Positions 46,786 to 56,316 of a stretch of DNA of 64,000 nt are shown here, in pieces (positions within the stretch are counted from its first letter, which is position 1; every line of letters begins with the position of its first letter). Under the pieces are notes generated by a model that had not been told where the DNA came from, searched no databases, and saw only the letters and a program-made list of their open reading frames with translations. The position numbers and the translations under genes are program-made. Origin of the DNA: Acetobacteraceae bacterium. Lineage in GTDB: Bacteria; Pseudomonadota; Alphaproteobacteria; Acetobacterales; Acetobacteraceae. The DNA lies in assembly GCA_965199555.1 (NCBI GenBank), contig CBDASJ010000029.1, positions 12,357 through 76,356 on the forward strand. Direction: 5' to 3'.

Positions 46786-48189
46786 ATGGAACGGGTGCCC
46801 ACGCTTTTCGCCAAGATATGGCAGGATCACCTCGTCGGCCGCCGCGCCGATGGGCGTGAGCTGATCTACGTGGACCGTCACGTGCTGCACGACCTGCACG
46901 CCCCCCATGCCTTCGCCAAGCTGCGCGACTCAGGCCATCCCGTCCGGCGGCCAGACCTGACCGTTGCCGTGGCGGACCACACCGTCGCGACGACGCCCGG
47001 CCGCACGAATGACAGCCGGGCGGAAAGCGCCGCGTCCCTTTCCGCGACCCACACCGGGGCCGCAGCACTGGGCATTCGCATGCTCGGGCTCGACTCGCCG
47101 CTGCAAGGCATCGTTCACGTCGTCTCGCCGGAGCTGGGCCTGGCGCTGCCCGGCAGCACCGTTTCCTGCCCGGACAGCCACGCCTGCACCGTCGGCGGCA
47201 TCGGCGCATTGGGGCTTGCCACCGGCACGACGGAACTGGTGCACGTGCTGGCGACGCAGACGCTGGCGTTGAAGCGCCCCAAGGACATGCGCATCACGCT
47301 CGACGGCACCCTTGCGCCGGACGTGACGGCGAAGGACCTGATCCTGTTCCTGATCGGTCGCTTCGGCTCGAACATGGCGCGGGGCTGCGCGGTGGAGTTC
47401 GCCGGCCCGGTCGCTCGCGCCCTGCCCGTCGAAGGGCGCTTGACGCTTTGCAACATGATCACCGAGCTGGGCGGACGCACCGGCCTGGTCGCGCCGGACG
47501 ACAGCGTCTTCGCCTGGCTGCAGGGCCGCCCCTGCGTTCCGGCGGGCGACGACTGGCACCGGGCCGTGGCCGAATGGCAGGCCCTCGCCTCCGACGCCGA
47601 TGCCGTGTTCGATACGGATCTACGCGTGGAATGCGACGCGATCGAGCCGCAGATCACCTGGGGGATCGACCCCGCCCACGTGATCGGCATTTCCGCCCGC
47701 ATCCCGGACCCGGCGCTGTGCCCGCCGGCGCAGCGCGACGAGATGGCCCGTGCGCTGGACTACATGCACCTGCAGCCGGGCGCGCCTATCGCCGGCCTGC
47801 CGATCGACCGCGTGTTCATCGGCTCCTGCACCAACGCCCGGCTGAGCGACCTGCAGGCCGCGGCGGCCGTGGTGGCCGGCGGGCACGTCGCGGCCGGGGT
47901 GCGCGCCTCCGTGGTGCCGGGGTCGAGCACGGTGAAGCGGGACGCCGAAGCGCTCGGGCTCGATGCCGTATTCCGCGACGCTGGCTTTGAATGGCTGGAA
48001 TCCGGGTGTTCCATGTGCGCTGGGGTGAACGGTGACGATGGCCAGCCCGGGCAACGCGTGGTGTCCACCACAAACCGCAACTTCGCCGGCCGGCAAGGCC
48101 CAGGCGTCATGACCCACCTCGCCAACCCGGCCACCGCCGCGGCCGCCGCGCTGGCGGGCCGGATCGTCGGCCGCGGCGGCACGCCCTGA
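46786..48189 (+). CDS. Aconitase-family hydro-lyase large subunit (LeuC-like)
   Basis: ...TLFAKIWQDHLV..., with Fe-S Cys motifs IGSCTNAR and SGCSMCAG. An alternative GTG start is at 46795. Confidence 0.85.
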   Translation: MERVPTLFAKIWQDHLVGRRADGRELIYVDRHVLHDLHAPHAFAKLRDSGHPVRRPDLTVAVADHTVATTPGRTNDSRAESAASLSATHTGAAALGIRMLGLDSPLQGIVHVVSPELGLALPGSTVSCPDSHACTVGGIGALGLATGTTELVHVLATQTLALKRPKDMRITLDGTLAPDVTAKDLILFLIGRFGSNMARGCAVEFAGPVARALPVEGRLTLCNMITELGGRTGLVAPDDSVFAWLQGRPCVPAGDDWHRAVAEWQALASDADAVFDTDLRVECDAIEPQITWGIDPAHVIGISARIPDPALCPPAQRDEMARALDYMHLQPGAPIAGLPIDRVFIGSCTNARLSDLQAAAAVVAGGHVAAGVRASVVPGSSTVKRDAEALGLDAVFRDAGFEWLESGCSMCAGVNGDDGQPGQRVVSTTNRNFAGRQGPGVMTHLANPATAAAAALAGRIVGRGGTP

Positions 48190-48797
48190 TGCGCCGGTTC
48201 GAACCCGTGCACGGCGTCGCGGCGTTGTTGGACCAGGACAACATCGACACCGACCAGATGCTGCCGTCCTCCTACCTGCGCGGCGCCAACCCGGATTACG
48301 CCGCCGGGCTGTTTGGGGTGTGGCGACGCGACCCCGCCTTCGTGCTCAGCCGCCCGGGCTTCGGGGCCACGCGCATCCTGGTGTCAGGCGAGAATTTCGG
48401 CTGCGGCAGCACGCGGGAACATGCCTGCTGGGCGTTGGACAGGTTCGGCATCCGCGTGCTGATCGCCGCCAGCTATGCCGAAGTGTTTCGCGAGAACTGC
48501 CTCAAGAATGCCTTGCTGCCCATCACGGCCGAGCCTGACAATTTGGCGCGCCTGGCCGCCATCCTGCGCGACGCGGCCTCCCCCGTGCATCTCGGCGTCG
48601 ACCTGGCGGAACAGCGCGTGACCGGCCCGGACGGGTTCGCGTTCCCGTTCGACCTGGCACCCGTGGAGAAGCTGGCGCTGCTGGAAGGCTTGGACGACAT
48701 CGGCATGACCCTGCGGGAGCAGGACGCGATCGCATCCTGGGAACTGGCCGAGCAGGCGCGGCGCCCCTGGCGGCAAACGCTGCGGCCGCCACAATGA
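48189..48797 (+). CDS. Aconitase-family hydro-lyase small subunit (LeuD-like)
   Basis: The ATG overlaps the upstream TGA (TGATG). ...ILVSGENFGCGSTREHACWAL is the typical LeuD motif. Confidence 0.85.
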   Translation: MRRFEPVHGVAALLDQDNIDTDQMLPSSYLRGANPDYAAGLFGVWRRDPAFVLSRPGFGATRILVSGENFGCGSTREHACWALDRFGIRVLIAASYAEVFRENCLKNALLPITAEPDNLARLAAILRDAASPVHLGVDLAEQRVTGPDGFAFPFDLAPVEKLALLEGLDDIGMTLREQDAIASWELAEQARRPWRQTLRPPQ

Positions 48798-49804
48798 AAA
48801 TGGGAGCGACGGCGATGACATCGAGGATCGGCCGCAAATGGACCGCGGCGTTCGCGGCGCTTGGCTTGGCGACGGCGACCCCCGCCACCATCCGGCCGGC
48901 CAACGCGGAAGATCTGGTGGTCTCGCATTACGGCGACATCATGTACGGCACGCCCTGGGCCATCGCGCTGAAGAAGGGGTTCCTGAAGGCGCACGGCCTG
49001 AACGTCACCGGCTTCATCTCGTCCGACGGCGGCGGCACCACGATCCGCAACATGATGGCGGGCGACCTGCCCTACGCCGAAACGGCACTGAGCGCCGCGG
49101 TTGGCGCCATCCAGGACGGCATCCCGCTGAAGATCGTCGATGGCGCCGTCAATACGGCGGCGGACCTCGTCTGGGTGGTGCTGCCGAACTCCCCGCTGAA
49201 GACGATCCACGACCTGGCCGGCCACAAGATCGCCTACACCCGCGCAAAGTCGACCACGGAACTGTTCGGCCGGCTGGCGCTGCGCGCGTCGGGCGTGGAC
49301 AACGTCAAGATGCTGGCGCTGGGCACGGTGGGCGGCGGGTTGACCGCCTTGTCGGAGGGCGCGGTTGACGCGGCACCCGAACTGGAGCCGCTGGTCGCGC
49401 GCAACGAGGCGAAGTACCGCGTCCTGTTCTCGGTGGCCGATATCCTGCCGCCGATCACCCAGCATGTCGGCGTGGTCAACGCCGCCTTCCTTCATGACCA
49501 TCCCGACCAGGTCCGCGCATTGATCCAGGCCCGGCGCGAAGGCGTGGCCTATCTCTACGCCCACCCCGACGAGGCCGCGGAGATCGAGGCCGATGCGCTC
49601 GACGTGCCCGTCCCGGTCATCAAACGCGCTTTGACCCGGCTGATCGCCGCGCATTACTGGAGCGACGGGCGGCTGGACTACGACGCCATGGCGCGGTCGA
49701 TCGCCGGCCTGCACGAGATCGGCGCCTTTCCCACTGCCACGGTGGACTGGAAAACCATGGTCGATGAATCGGCCCTGCCCGCCGACCTCCGCAGCACGCC
49801 ATGA
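48794..49804 (+). CDS. ABC transporter substrate-binding protein (NitT/TauT, NMT1-like)
   Basis: ATGA overlap with the upstream stop. A signal peptide ends ...ATIRPANA. The fold pattern is NMT1/THI5-like. Confidence 0.78.
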   Translation: MKMGATAMTSRIGRKWTAAFAALGLATATPATIRPANAEDLVVSHYGDIMYGTPWAIALKKGFLKAHGLNVTGFISSDGGGTTIRNMMAGDLPYAETALSAAVGAIQDGIPLKIVDGAVNTAADLVWVVLPNSPLKTIHDLAGHKIAYTRAKSTTELFGRLALRASGVDNVKMLALGTVGGGLTALSEGAVDAAPELEPLVARNEAKYRVLFSVADILPPITQHVGVVNAAFLHDHPDQVRALIQARREGVAYLYAHPDEAAEIEADALDVPVPVIKRALTRLIAAHYWSDGRLDYDAMARSIAGLHEIGAFPTATVDWKTMVDESALPADLRSTP

Positions 49805-50637
49805 GCGCGGCGCTCCAGCGCGCGCCGTCGCTCGCCCCCGCCGGCACGGGCATGCGCATTGACGGCACCCGGCTGGAGCGCCGGTTCCAGCGGCCGGACG
49901 GCACGGTTCTGCAAGCGCTGGGGCCGTTGGACCTGTCGCTGCGCGCCGGCGAGTTCTTCTCCATCGTCGGCCCATCCGGCTGCGGGAAGTCCACCTTGAT
50001 CGACGTCCTGTCGGGCCTGTCGCCACCCGATGGCGGATCGCTCGCCGCCGACGGCGTGCCCTATGCCGGAACGGTGCCCAAGGGCGTCGGCTTGGTGTTG
50101 CAGGAGGATGCGAGCTTCCCGTGGCTGTCGGTGTGGAACAACGTGGCGTTCGGTTTGCGCCGGGAAGGACGCAACGCGGCCGAGATCGAGCGGTCGGTGT
50201 CCCATGCGGTGGACTTCATGGGGCTGCACGATTTCGCGCATGCTCGCCCGTCCCAACTGTCCGGCGGCATGCGCCAACGCATGTGCATCGCGCGCACCCT
50301 GGTGATGCAGCCGCGCTTCCTGTTGCTGGACGAACCGTTCGGCGCGCTGGACCAGCAGACCCGGCTGTTGATGGCAGACGAGCTGCTGCGGCTGTGGCGC
50401 GAAACCGGGGCGACCATCCTGTTGATCACCCATTCCCTGGACGAGGCCGCCCTGCTGTCCGACCGCATCGGCATCATGTCCGCGCGCCCCGGCCGCATCA
50501 TGGAGGTGGTGGAAACGGACTGGCCCGCCGAACGCGACAGCACGATCGCCAGCACCCCGGCCTTCGGCCGCATCACCGCCCGGTTGTGGGAGCGGCTGCG
50601 CGGCGAGACCATGAAGTCCATGCGACGCCAGGGATGA
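49801..50637 (+). CDS. ABC transporter ATP-binding protein (NitT/TauT family)
   Basis: Walker A GPSGCGKST, signature LSGGMRQRMCIART and Walker B FLLLDEP. ATGA overlap with the upstream stop. Confidence 0.9.
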   Translation: MSAALQRAPSLAPAGTGMRIDGTRLERRFQRPDGTVLQALGPLDLSLRAGEFFSIVGPSGCGKSTLIDVLSGLSPPDGGSLAADGVPYAGTVPKGVGLVLQEDASFPWLSVWNNVAFGLRREGRNAAEIERSVSHAVDFMGLHDFAHARPSQLSGGMRQRMCIARTLVMQPRFLLLDEPFGALDQQTRLLMADELLRLWRETGATILLITHSLDEAALLSDRIGIMSARPGRIMEVVETDWPAERDSTIASTPAFGRITARLWERLRGETMKSMRRQG

Positions 50638-51407
50638 GGCCGCGCCGTGCCGTGCGGGTGGCCGCGATCCAGGCCGGCCTGGTGCTGGGCGCATTGCTGC
50701 TGCTGGAAGCGCTCTGCCGCACCGGGATCGTCGGCCGCATCACCATGGTGGCACCCAGCCTGATGGTGATTGCGGCGGTTCGCGCGATGGCCGACCCGGC
50801 GCTGCGCGGCGCCCTGCTGATCACCGCGAGCGAGCTGCTATCCGCCACCGCGTTGTCGGTGGTGCTGGGGGCGGCGGTCGGCGTTGGGTTGTTCCTGTTG
50901 CCGCCGCTTCGCCGCATCGCGGACCCGGTGCTTGGCGCCTGGTATGCCGTCCCGCTGTTCGTCTTCTACCCGGTCATGATCGTGCTGTTCGGCGTCGGGC
51001 AAGCGCCGATCGTCGCCATCGCGTTCGTGTTCTCGGTTGGCGCGATGGTGACCTCCACCCTGTCCGCGCTGGACCGCATCCCGCGCGCGCTGTTCCGCGT
51101 GGCCCGCATCCACCAACTGGGCCTGGCACGCCGGATCGCCTTCGTGCTGCTCCCGGCAGCGCTGCCGCATCTGGTGGTTGGCTTGCGGTTGGTGGTGGCC
51201 TACTCGTTGATCGCGGCCGTTGCCGGGGAGTTCATCCTGTCCAGCGTCGGCATCGGCCACGAGATCGCCTTCGCCTACGACAATTTCGAAACGGCCAAGA
51301 TGTATGGCCTGATCGTGCTAGTCATCCTGCTGGCCACCATACTGAACGGTCTCCTGAGCGCCGGCACCCGGCGGCTGGACCGCGCGCAGGTCGCCGCCCG
51401 TGGCTGA
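50634..51407 (+). CDS. ABC transporter permease
   Basis: ATGA overlap with the upstream stop. About 6 TM segments and a BPD-type permease pattern. Confidence 0.8.
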   Translation: MRPRRAVRVAAIQAGLVLGALLLLEALCRTGIVGRITMVAPSLMVIAAVRAMADPALRGALLITASELLSATALSVVLGAAVGVGLFLLPPLRRIADPVLGAWYAVPLFVFYPVMIVLFGVGQAPIVAIAFVFSVGAMVTSTLSALDRIPRALFRVARIHQLGLARRIAFVLLPAALPHLVVGLRLVVAYSLIAAVAGEFILSSVGIGHEIAFAYDNFETAKMYGLIVLVILLATILNGLLSAGTRRLDRAQVAARG

Positions 51408-52194
51408 CGCCGCCTCCGTAGAGCGGGCCTTCGCCCCGGCCGCATTGCCCGGGCGGAGGCTGATCCAGCGTATGCCGGCGCCGCTGCTGGCCGCCATCGC
51501 CTGCCTCGTGATCTGGCAGGCCGCGGCATGGCTGATGGGCGCGGACGCCTTGTCGGCCCCCATGCCCTCCGCGCTGCGGCTTTGGGCCATGCTGGGCGCC
51601 CCCCGCTACCGCCCGGACTTCGCCGCCACCGGGATGGCGTTCGGCATTGCGTTGCTGATCGTTTGGCTCAGTGGCCTGCTGCTGGCCGTTTGGCTCGGCC
51701 TCAGCCGACTGGCCAACGACGTGGCCGAGCCGATGCTGGTGTCGTTCTACGCCATCCCGAAGGTGACGCTGTATCCGGTCGTGCTGCTGCTGTTCGGCAT
51801 CGGCGTGAACGCCGTGGTGGCGTTCGGCGTCATGCACGGCATCGTGCCGGTGGCGTTGATCGGCATCGCGGCGATCCGCAACCTCAAGCCGTTCCTGCTG
51901 CGCACGGCACGCGGCATGCGGCTCAGCCGGTCCAGCACCGTGCTGCACGTGCTGCTGCCGGCCATCATGCCGGAGCTGCTGAACGCCATGCGGATCGGTT
52001 TTTCCTTGACGTTGCTGGGCGTGTTGATCGGGGAAATGTTCGGGGGCAAGCACGGCTTGGGCTTCCTGCTGATGCGGGCGATCGACAACGCCGACAACGA
52101 CACCATCATGGCCATCGCGCTGCTGCTGCTGACCGTGGCCATCACCGCCAACGCGGCGCTGGGCCGCCTGGCGCGCCGCTTCGCCGATATCTGA
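51400..52194 (+). CDS. ABC transporter permease (second)
   Basis: GTG 51400 overlaps the upstream gene end. About 6 TM segments. The EAA-like loop is ...RTARGMRLSRSSTVLHVLLPA. Confidence 0.8.
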   Translation: MADAASVERAFAPAALPGRRLIQRMPAPLLAAIACLVIWQAAAWLMGADALSAPMPSALRLWAMLGAPRYRPDFAATGMAFGIALLIVWLSGLLLAVWLGLSRLANDVAEPMLVSFYAIPKVTLYPVVLLLFGIGVNAVVAFGVMHGIVPVALIGIAAIRNLKPFLLRTARGMRLSRSSTVLHVLLPAIMPELLNAMRIGFSLTLLGVLIGEMFGGKHGLGFLLMRAIDNADNDTIMAIALLLLTVAITANAALGRLARRFADI

Positions 52195-52216
52195 ACCCTT
52201 GGCAGGAGACCTTGCC

Positions 52217-53098
52217 GTGACCCCTTCGCCGCATCCTGGGCACCGCCTGCGCGCCTTGCTGGCCGCGCCGGAAGTCGTCGTGATGCCCGGCATCTATGAT
52301 GCCGTTTCCGCCCGGCTCGCCTCTGCGCACGGCTTCGGGGCGGTGGTCGCCGGCGGCAACGCCGCGACGGGGACGCTGCTGGGCGCGCCGGATCTGGGCC
52401 AACTCGGCATGCGCGACTACGCGGACCATTATGCGCGCCTGGCGGCGGCGTCGGACGTGCCGCTGCTGGCGGACGCGGACACCGGCTTCGGCGGCGTGCA
52501 CAACGTGGTGCAAACGGTGCGGGCGTTTGAGCGTGCCGGTGCCGCCGGGCTGTTCATCGAGGACCAGTCCTTTCCTAAGCGGTGCGGCTACCTTGCAGGC
52601 AAGTCCGTCATTCCCGCGCAGGACCAGGTCGCCAAGCTCGTGGCCGCGCTGGACGCCCGGCGCGATCCGGCCTTCGTCATCTGCGCCCGCACCGACGCGC
52701 TGGCGGTCGAAGGGCTGGACGGGGCGATCGACCGCGCCGGGCGCTATCGCGACGCCGGCGTCGACATGGTGTTCGTCCAGGGCGCCGACACGGTGGAAAC
52801 CCTGACGAAGGTCTGCCAGGCCGTGCCCGGCTGGCACATCGCCAACATCTCCCAGGCCGGGAGCGGCCGCCCGCTGACGCTGGCCGAGTGCCAAGCCTGC
52901 GGAGCGGCGGCAGCGCTGTTCCCGATCGCCGCCATGCTGGCCGCCGCCGCGGCGGTGGAGCGCATGCTGCTCACGCTCAAGCGCGACCACGGGCTGGACG
53001 CGGCGATGCCCGAGATGATGCCGATGAGCCGCTACAACGAGGTGGTCGGCCTGTCCCGCCTAGGCGCCGACGAGCTTCGCTACACGTCAGCGCAATAG
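52217..53098 (+). CDS. Isocitrate lyase / PEP mutase family enzyme
   Basis: GTG 52217 lies 7 nt after AGGAGA. ...VVMPGIYDAVSARLA...LLADADTGFGG...AAGLFIEDQSFPKRCGYLAGK is the family signature. Confidence 0.8.
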   Translation: MTPSPHPGHRLRALLAAPEVVVMPGIYDAVSARLASAHGFGAVVAGGNAATGTLLGAPDLGQLGMRDYADHYARLAAASDVPLLADADTGFGGVHNVVQTVRAFERAGAAGLFIEDQSFPKRCGYLAGKSVIPAQDQVAKLVAALDARRDPAFVICARTDALAVEGLDGAIDRAGRYRDAGVDMVFVQGADTVETLTKVCQAVPGWHIANISQAGSGRPLTLAECQACGAAAALFPIAAMLAAAAAVERMLLTLKRDHGLDAAMPEMMPMSRYNEVVGLSRLGADELRYTSAQ

Positions 53099-53107
53099 GG
53101 CTTCCAG

Positions 53108-54106
53108 TCAGGAGGCTTGCAGCTTGAGCAGCCGGTCCGCGTTGCCGTGCGCGAGCTTGATCTTGTCCGCCGTCGGGATCGGCAGCGAGCGGAGGAAGTC
53201 GGTGCCTTTCGCGTTCGGGCTGAACGGGTAATCGACCGAGAACAGCACCCGGTCCGCACCGAACGTGCTCAGCAACGCCACCAAGGGCGGCAGGCTGAAG
53301 AACCCGCTGGTCGTCACCCACACCTGGTCCGTCATGGTCGCCGTCACCGTGCGGCTCAGTCGGTCGCGTGCCTCGTCGGCGAACACCTGGTCGCAGCGGG
53401 CGAACATGGCGGGCAGCCCTTCGCCCATGTGGCCGATGATGAGCTTGAGCCTGGGGTGCCGATCCAGGGTACCCGACAGCACCAGGCGCAGCACGTGGAT
53501 CGCGGTTTCCGAATGCCAGCCCCAACCGGCAATGGACAGCAGCAGGCTGGAATGCCCGGGCAGGCCGTCATAATACGCCGCGCGCACCGCCGGCGGGGGC
53601 GGCGCCGGATGGAGGTAGAGCGGCACGTCCAGTTGCTCGAACCGGGCCAGCAGCGGCTCGAATTTCGGATCGTCCAGGAACAGCCCGCCCGTGGTGCCGT
53701 TGACCATGCCGCCCAGAAAGCCGTGCCGCGTCACGCAGCGTTCCAGCTCGTCCGCCGCGCGTTCGGGCGCGGATGTCGGCAGATGCGTGAAGGCGGCATA
53801 CCGGTCCGGCTGCCCGGCGACGGTGCGGGCGAGTGCGTCATTGATGTCACGGGCGAGGGAGGACCCTTCCTCCCCCGGCAGCAGGTCGGCCCCGGCCTGC
53901 GCCACGGACAGCACCTGCACCGTGATGCCGGCCGCATCCATGTCGGCCAGCCGACCTGCGCCCACATCCTGCAGTTGCTCACGCCGCGCCACCACGGGGG
54001 GCTGATGGCCGCCCGGTGTCAGCCCGCGGGCGCGGATCGCGTCCGGCCCGATCCGCGCCGCAAGGTCGGGGAACGTGCAATGCTCTTCCAGGGCGACGAT
54101 CCGCAT
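53108..54106 (-). CDS. Amidohydrolase_2 family protein (ACMSD / gamma-resorcylate decarboxylase-like)
   Basis: ATG 54106. MRIVALEEHCTFPD resembles the N-terminus of non-oxidative decarboxylases of PF04909. ...LKLIIGHMGEGLP...VLFSVDYPF. Confidence 0.8.
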   Translation of the reverse strand: MRIVALEEHCTFPDLAARIGPDAIRARGLTPGGHQPPVVARREQLQDVGAGRLADMDAAGITVQVLSVAQAGADLLPGEEGSSLARDINDALARTVAGQPDRYAAFTHLPTSAPERAADELERCVTRHGFLGGMVNGTTGGLFLDDPKFEPLLARFEQLDVPLYLHPAPPPPAVRAAYYDGLPGHSSLLLSIAGWGWHSETAIHVLRLVLSGTLDRHPRLKLIIGHMGEGLPAMFARCDQVFADEARDRLSRTVTATMTDQVWVTTSGFFSLPPLVALLSTFGADRVLFSVDYPFSPNAKGTDFLRSLPIPTADKIKLAHGNADRLLKLQAS

Positions 54107-54122
54107 GGTGGGCTCTCCGATT

Positions 54123-55412
54123 TCAGGCAACGATGGCGCGGTGACGTGCCGGCGCGGCGTAGCGTGGCATCGCCAACGCCGCGATCGCGGCAACCAAGCT
54201 GAGCACCGTGAGCAACACCAGCCCCGGCCGATAGCCGCCGAGATAGTCGAAGCTCGCCCCCATGGACACCGGGCCGATCGCCGTGCCGAGGATGTACAAG
54301 CCGAACGCGATGCCATACAGCCGCCCGAACGCCGCCTGGTCGAAGTAGCGGCGCACCAGGAACGACACGAAATCCACCTCCGCCCCGATGGTGGAGCCGA
54401 GCAACACGGCCGCGAGGTAGCCGATCGCCGGCCCTTGCCCGTAGGCGAGCAGCAACGGAACGACCCCGGCGATCACCGCCACGAGGGCGAGCACGTAGGG
54501 TGCGTGGACCCGGTCCAACACCCAGCCGATGCCGCCGCGCACCACCACTACGGACAGCCCGGACAACCCGGCGATGCGCGCCGCTTCGGCCGGCGTGAAG
54601 CCATGGTCCACCATCATGGGCACGAGGTGCGCGAGCACGCCGACGCCGACCGTGCCGAGCAGCACGAAGCAGACTGCCATCAGGACATAGGCGCGCGTGC
54701 GCAGCATGGGTGCAACCGACAGCGCGGCACCGCCCCGGCGGCGGACCGGGCCGGGCACGTTGCGCGTGGCGATCAGCGCGGCGGGCAGCGTGACCACGAA
54801 GGTCAACACCCCCAGCGCCACGTAGGCCGAGCGCCAGCCGAACTCGGCGAGCAGGAACTGCGCGAGCGGCGGCAGCATGGCGCCGCCAAGCCCGACGCCC
54901 AGCAAGGACAGCCCCAGCGCGAAGCCGAGCTTGCGGTCGAACCGCCGCACCATGACGGCCGAATAGCCCAGCGGGGACGCGCCACCGCCCAGCAGCGGAA
55001 TGGCAAGGAACACGAGGTAGAGCTGCCAGATGTTGCCGCTCAGCAAACCGAGTGAGGCAACCAGCCCCGCCAGCGCCATGAGCGAGAACAGGATCACCCA
55101 GCGCGGACCGAAGCGATCCAGGATCACGCCCCAAACCGGCGACGAAAAGGCCAAACCGAATTGGAAGAACGACAGCGCGCCGAACAAGCCAGTGCGGGTC
55201 CAGCCGAACTCCGCCGTCAACGGGCGAACGAACACGCCGAACGAGTAAAGTGCCAAAGTCCCGACGCACAGCACCATGCCGACGGCCGAGGCGCCCACGG
55301 CCAGCCAATCGCGGTCCAACGTTCCCGCAGCACCGACCGGGGTAAGTTCCAGATTTGAGGACGCGACAGCAAAGCCGGGCGGCGCTGCCGTGTCATCCAA
55401 TCCATTCCCCAT
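54123..55412 (-). CDS. MFS transporter
   Basis: 429 aa with about 12 TM segments. It lies 16 nt upstream of the amidohydrolase gene on the same strand. Confidence 0.8.
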   Translation of the reverse strand: MGNGLDDTAAPPGFAVASSNLELTPVGAAGTLDRDWLAVGASAVGMVLCVGTLALYSFGVFVRPLTAEFGWTRTGLFGALSFFQFGLAFSSPVWGVILDRFGPRWVILFSLMALAGLVASLGLLSGNIWQLYLVFLAIPLLGGGASPLGYSAVMVRRFDRKLGFALGLSLLGVGLGGAMLPPLAQFLLAEFGWRSAYVALGVLTFVVTLPAALIATRNVPGPVRRRGGAALSVAPMLRTRAYVLMAVCFVLLGTVGVGVLAHLVPMMVDHGFTPAEAARIAGLSGLSVVVVRGGIGWVLDRVHAPYVLALVAVIAGVVPLLLAYGQGPAIGYLAAVLLGSTIGAEVDFVSFLVRRYFDQAAFGRLYGIAFGLYILGTAIGPVSMGASFDYLGGYRPGLVLLTVLSLVAAIAALAMPRYAAPARHRAIVA

Positions 55413-55548
55413 CGTCCGCTCCCGTGCTCAGCCAGTTCTTTTGCACGACGGATCAGGGCGACCCTGCCCGCCGCTCTGGTCAGGTAGCCTTACTGTAGCG
55501 GCTGGGCTTCTTCACGCAAGGCGTCACGCGGCGCGGTTGCCGGCTTGG

Positions 55549-56316
55549 CTAGCGGGCGGCTTCGCGTGCCAGCTTGACGTGCCCGGCATAGGCGGCGCGG
55601 AACACGGCGGCGTCGTTGCCCGGCGTGACCAGGTGGAAGCCCTGCTTCACCCGCATCTGCGCCGCCGTCCCGTCCGAACAGAAGATGCCGGCCAGCAGGC
55701 CGCGGGCCACCACCGCGGCGCGGATACGTTCCACGGCCCCGCTCACCTCCGGGTGGTCGTGCTCCGACCGTGGCGCCTGCCCCAGTTCGATGGCCAAGTC
55801 GTTCGGCCCGACGTAAACGCCGTCCAGTCCCGGCGTGGCGAGGATCGCGTCCAGATTGGCCAGCGCCTCGCGCGTTTCGATCATCGCGAGCACGAGGATT
55901 TCCTCGTTTGCACGGTCGAAGTAATCCGCCCCGCCATACAGCGCCCCACGCGCCGGGCCGAAGGAGCGGCTGCCGACCGGCGGGTAGCGGCAAGCGGACA
56001 CCAATTGGGCGGCCTGCGCCGCGGTGGAGATCATCGGGCAGATCACGCCATAGGCCCCGGCGTCCAGGAACCGCATGATCTGCGCCGGATCGTTGGCACT
56101 GGGCCGCACCATCGGCACGGCGTCCGTGGTGCCGATGGCCTGGAACATGGCGATGGCATCGGCGAAGCCCACCATGCCGTGCTGGCAATCCACCGTGGCG
56201 GCGTCCACCCCGGTGTGGCACGCCACCTCGCTGGCATAGGCCGACGGGATGGACAGCCAGGCATTGACGATGGGCTGCCCGTCCCGGTGCATCCGCCGCA
56301 GCTTGTTGGGGCGCAT
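55549..56316 (-). CDS. HpcH/HpaI family class II aldolase
   Basis: ...NAWLSIPSAYASEVACHTGVDAATVDCQHG...PMVRPSANDP...AMIETREALANLDAILATPGLDGVYVGPNDL. Confidence 0.85.
   Translation of the reverse strand: MRPNKLRRMHRDGQPIVNAWLSIPSAYASEVACHTGVDAATVDCQHGMVGFADAIAMFQAIGTTDAVPMVRPSANDPAQIMRFLDAGAYGVICPMISTAAQAAQLVSACRYPPVGSRSFGPARGALYGGADYFDRANEEILVLAMIETREALANLDAILATPGLDGVYVGPNDLAIELGQAPRSEHDHPEVSGAVERIRAAVVARGLLAGIFCSDGTAAQMRVKQGFHLVTPGNDAAVFRAAYAGHVKLAREAAR

Noticed and set aside
46688-47209. N-terminal extension of the GntR ORF (ORF 46004..47209, 401 aa)
   Set aside because: The extension is Arg/Cys-rich and overlaps the LeuC-like gene on the other strand. The GntR wHTH begins shortly after ATG 46687, giving a normal 227-aa regulator.
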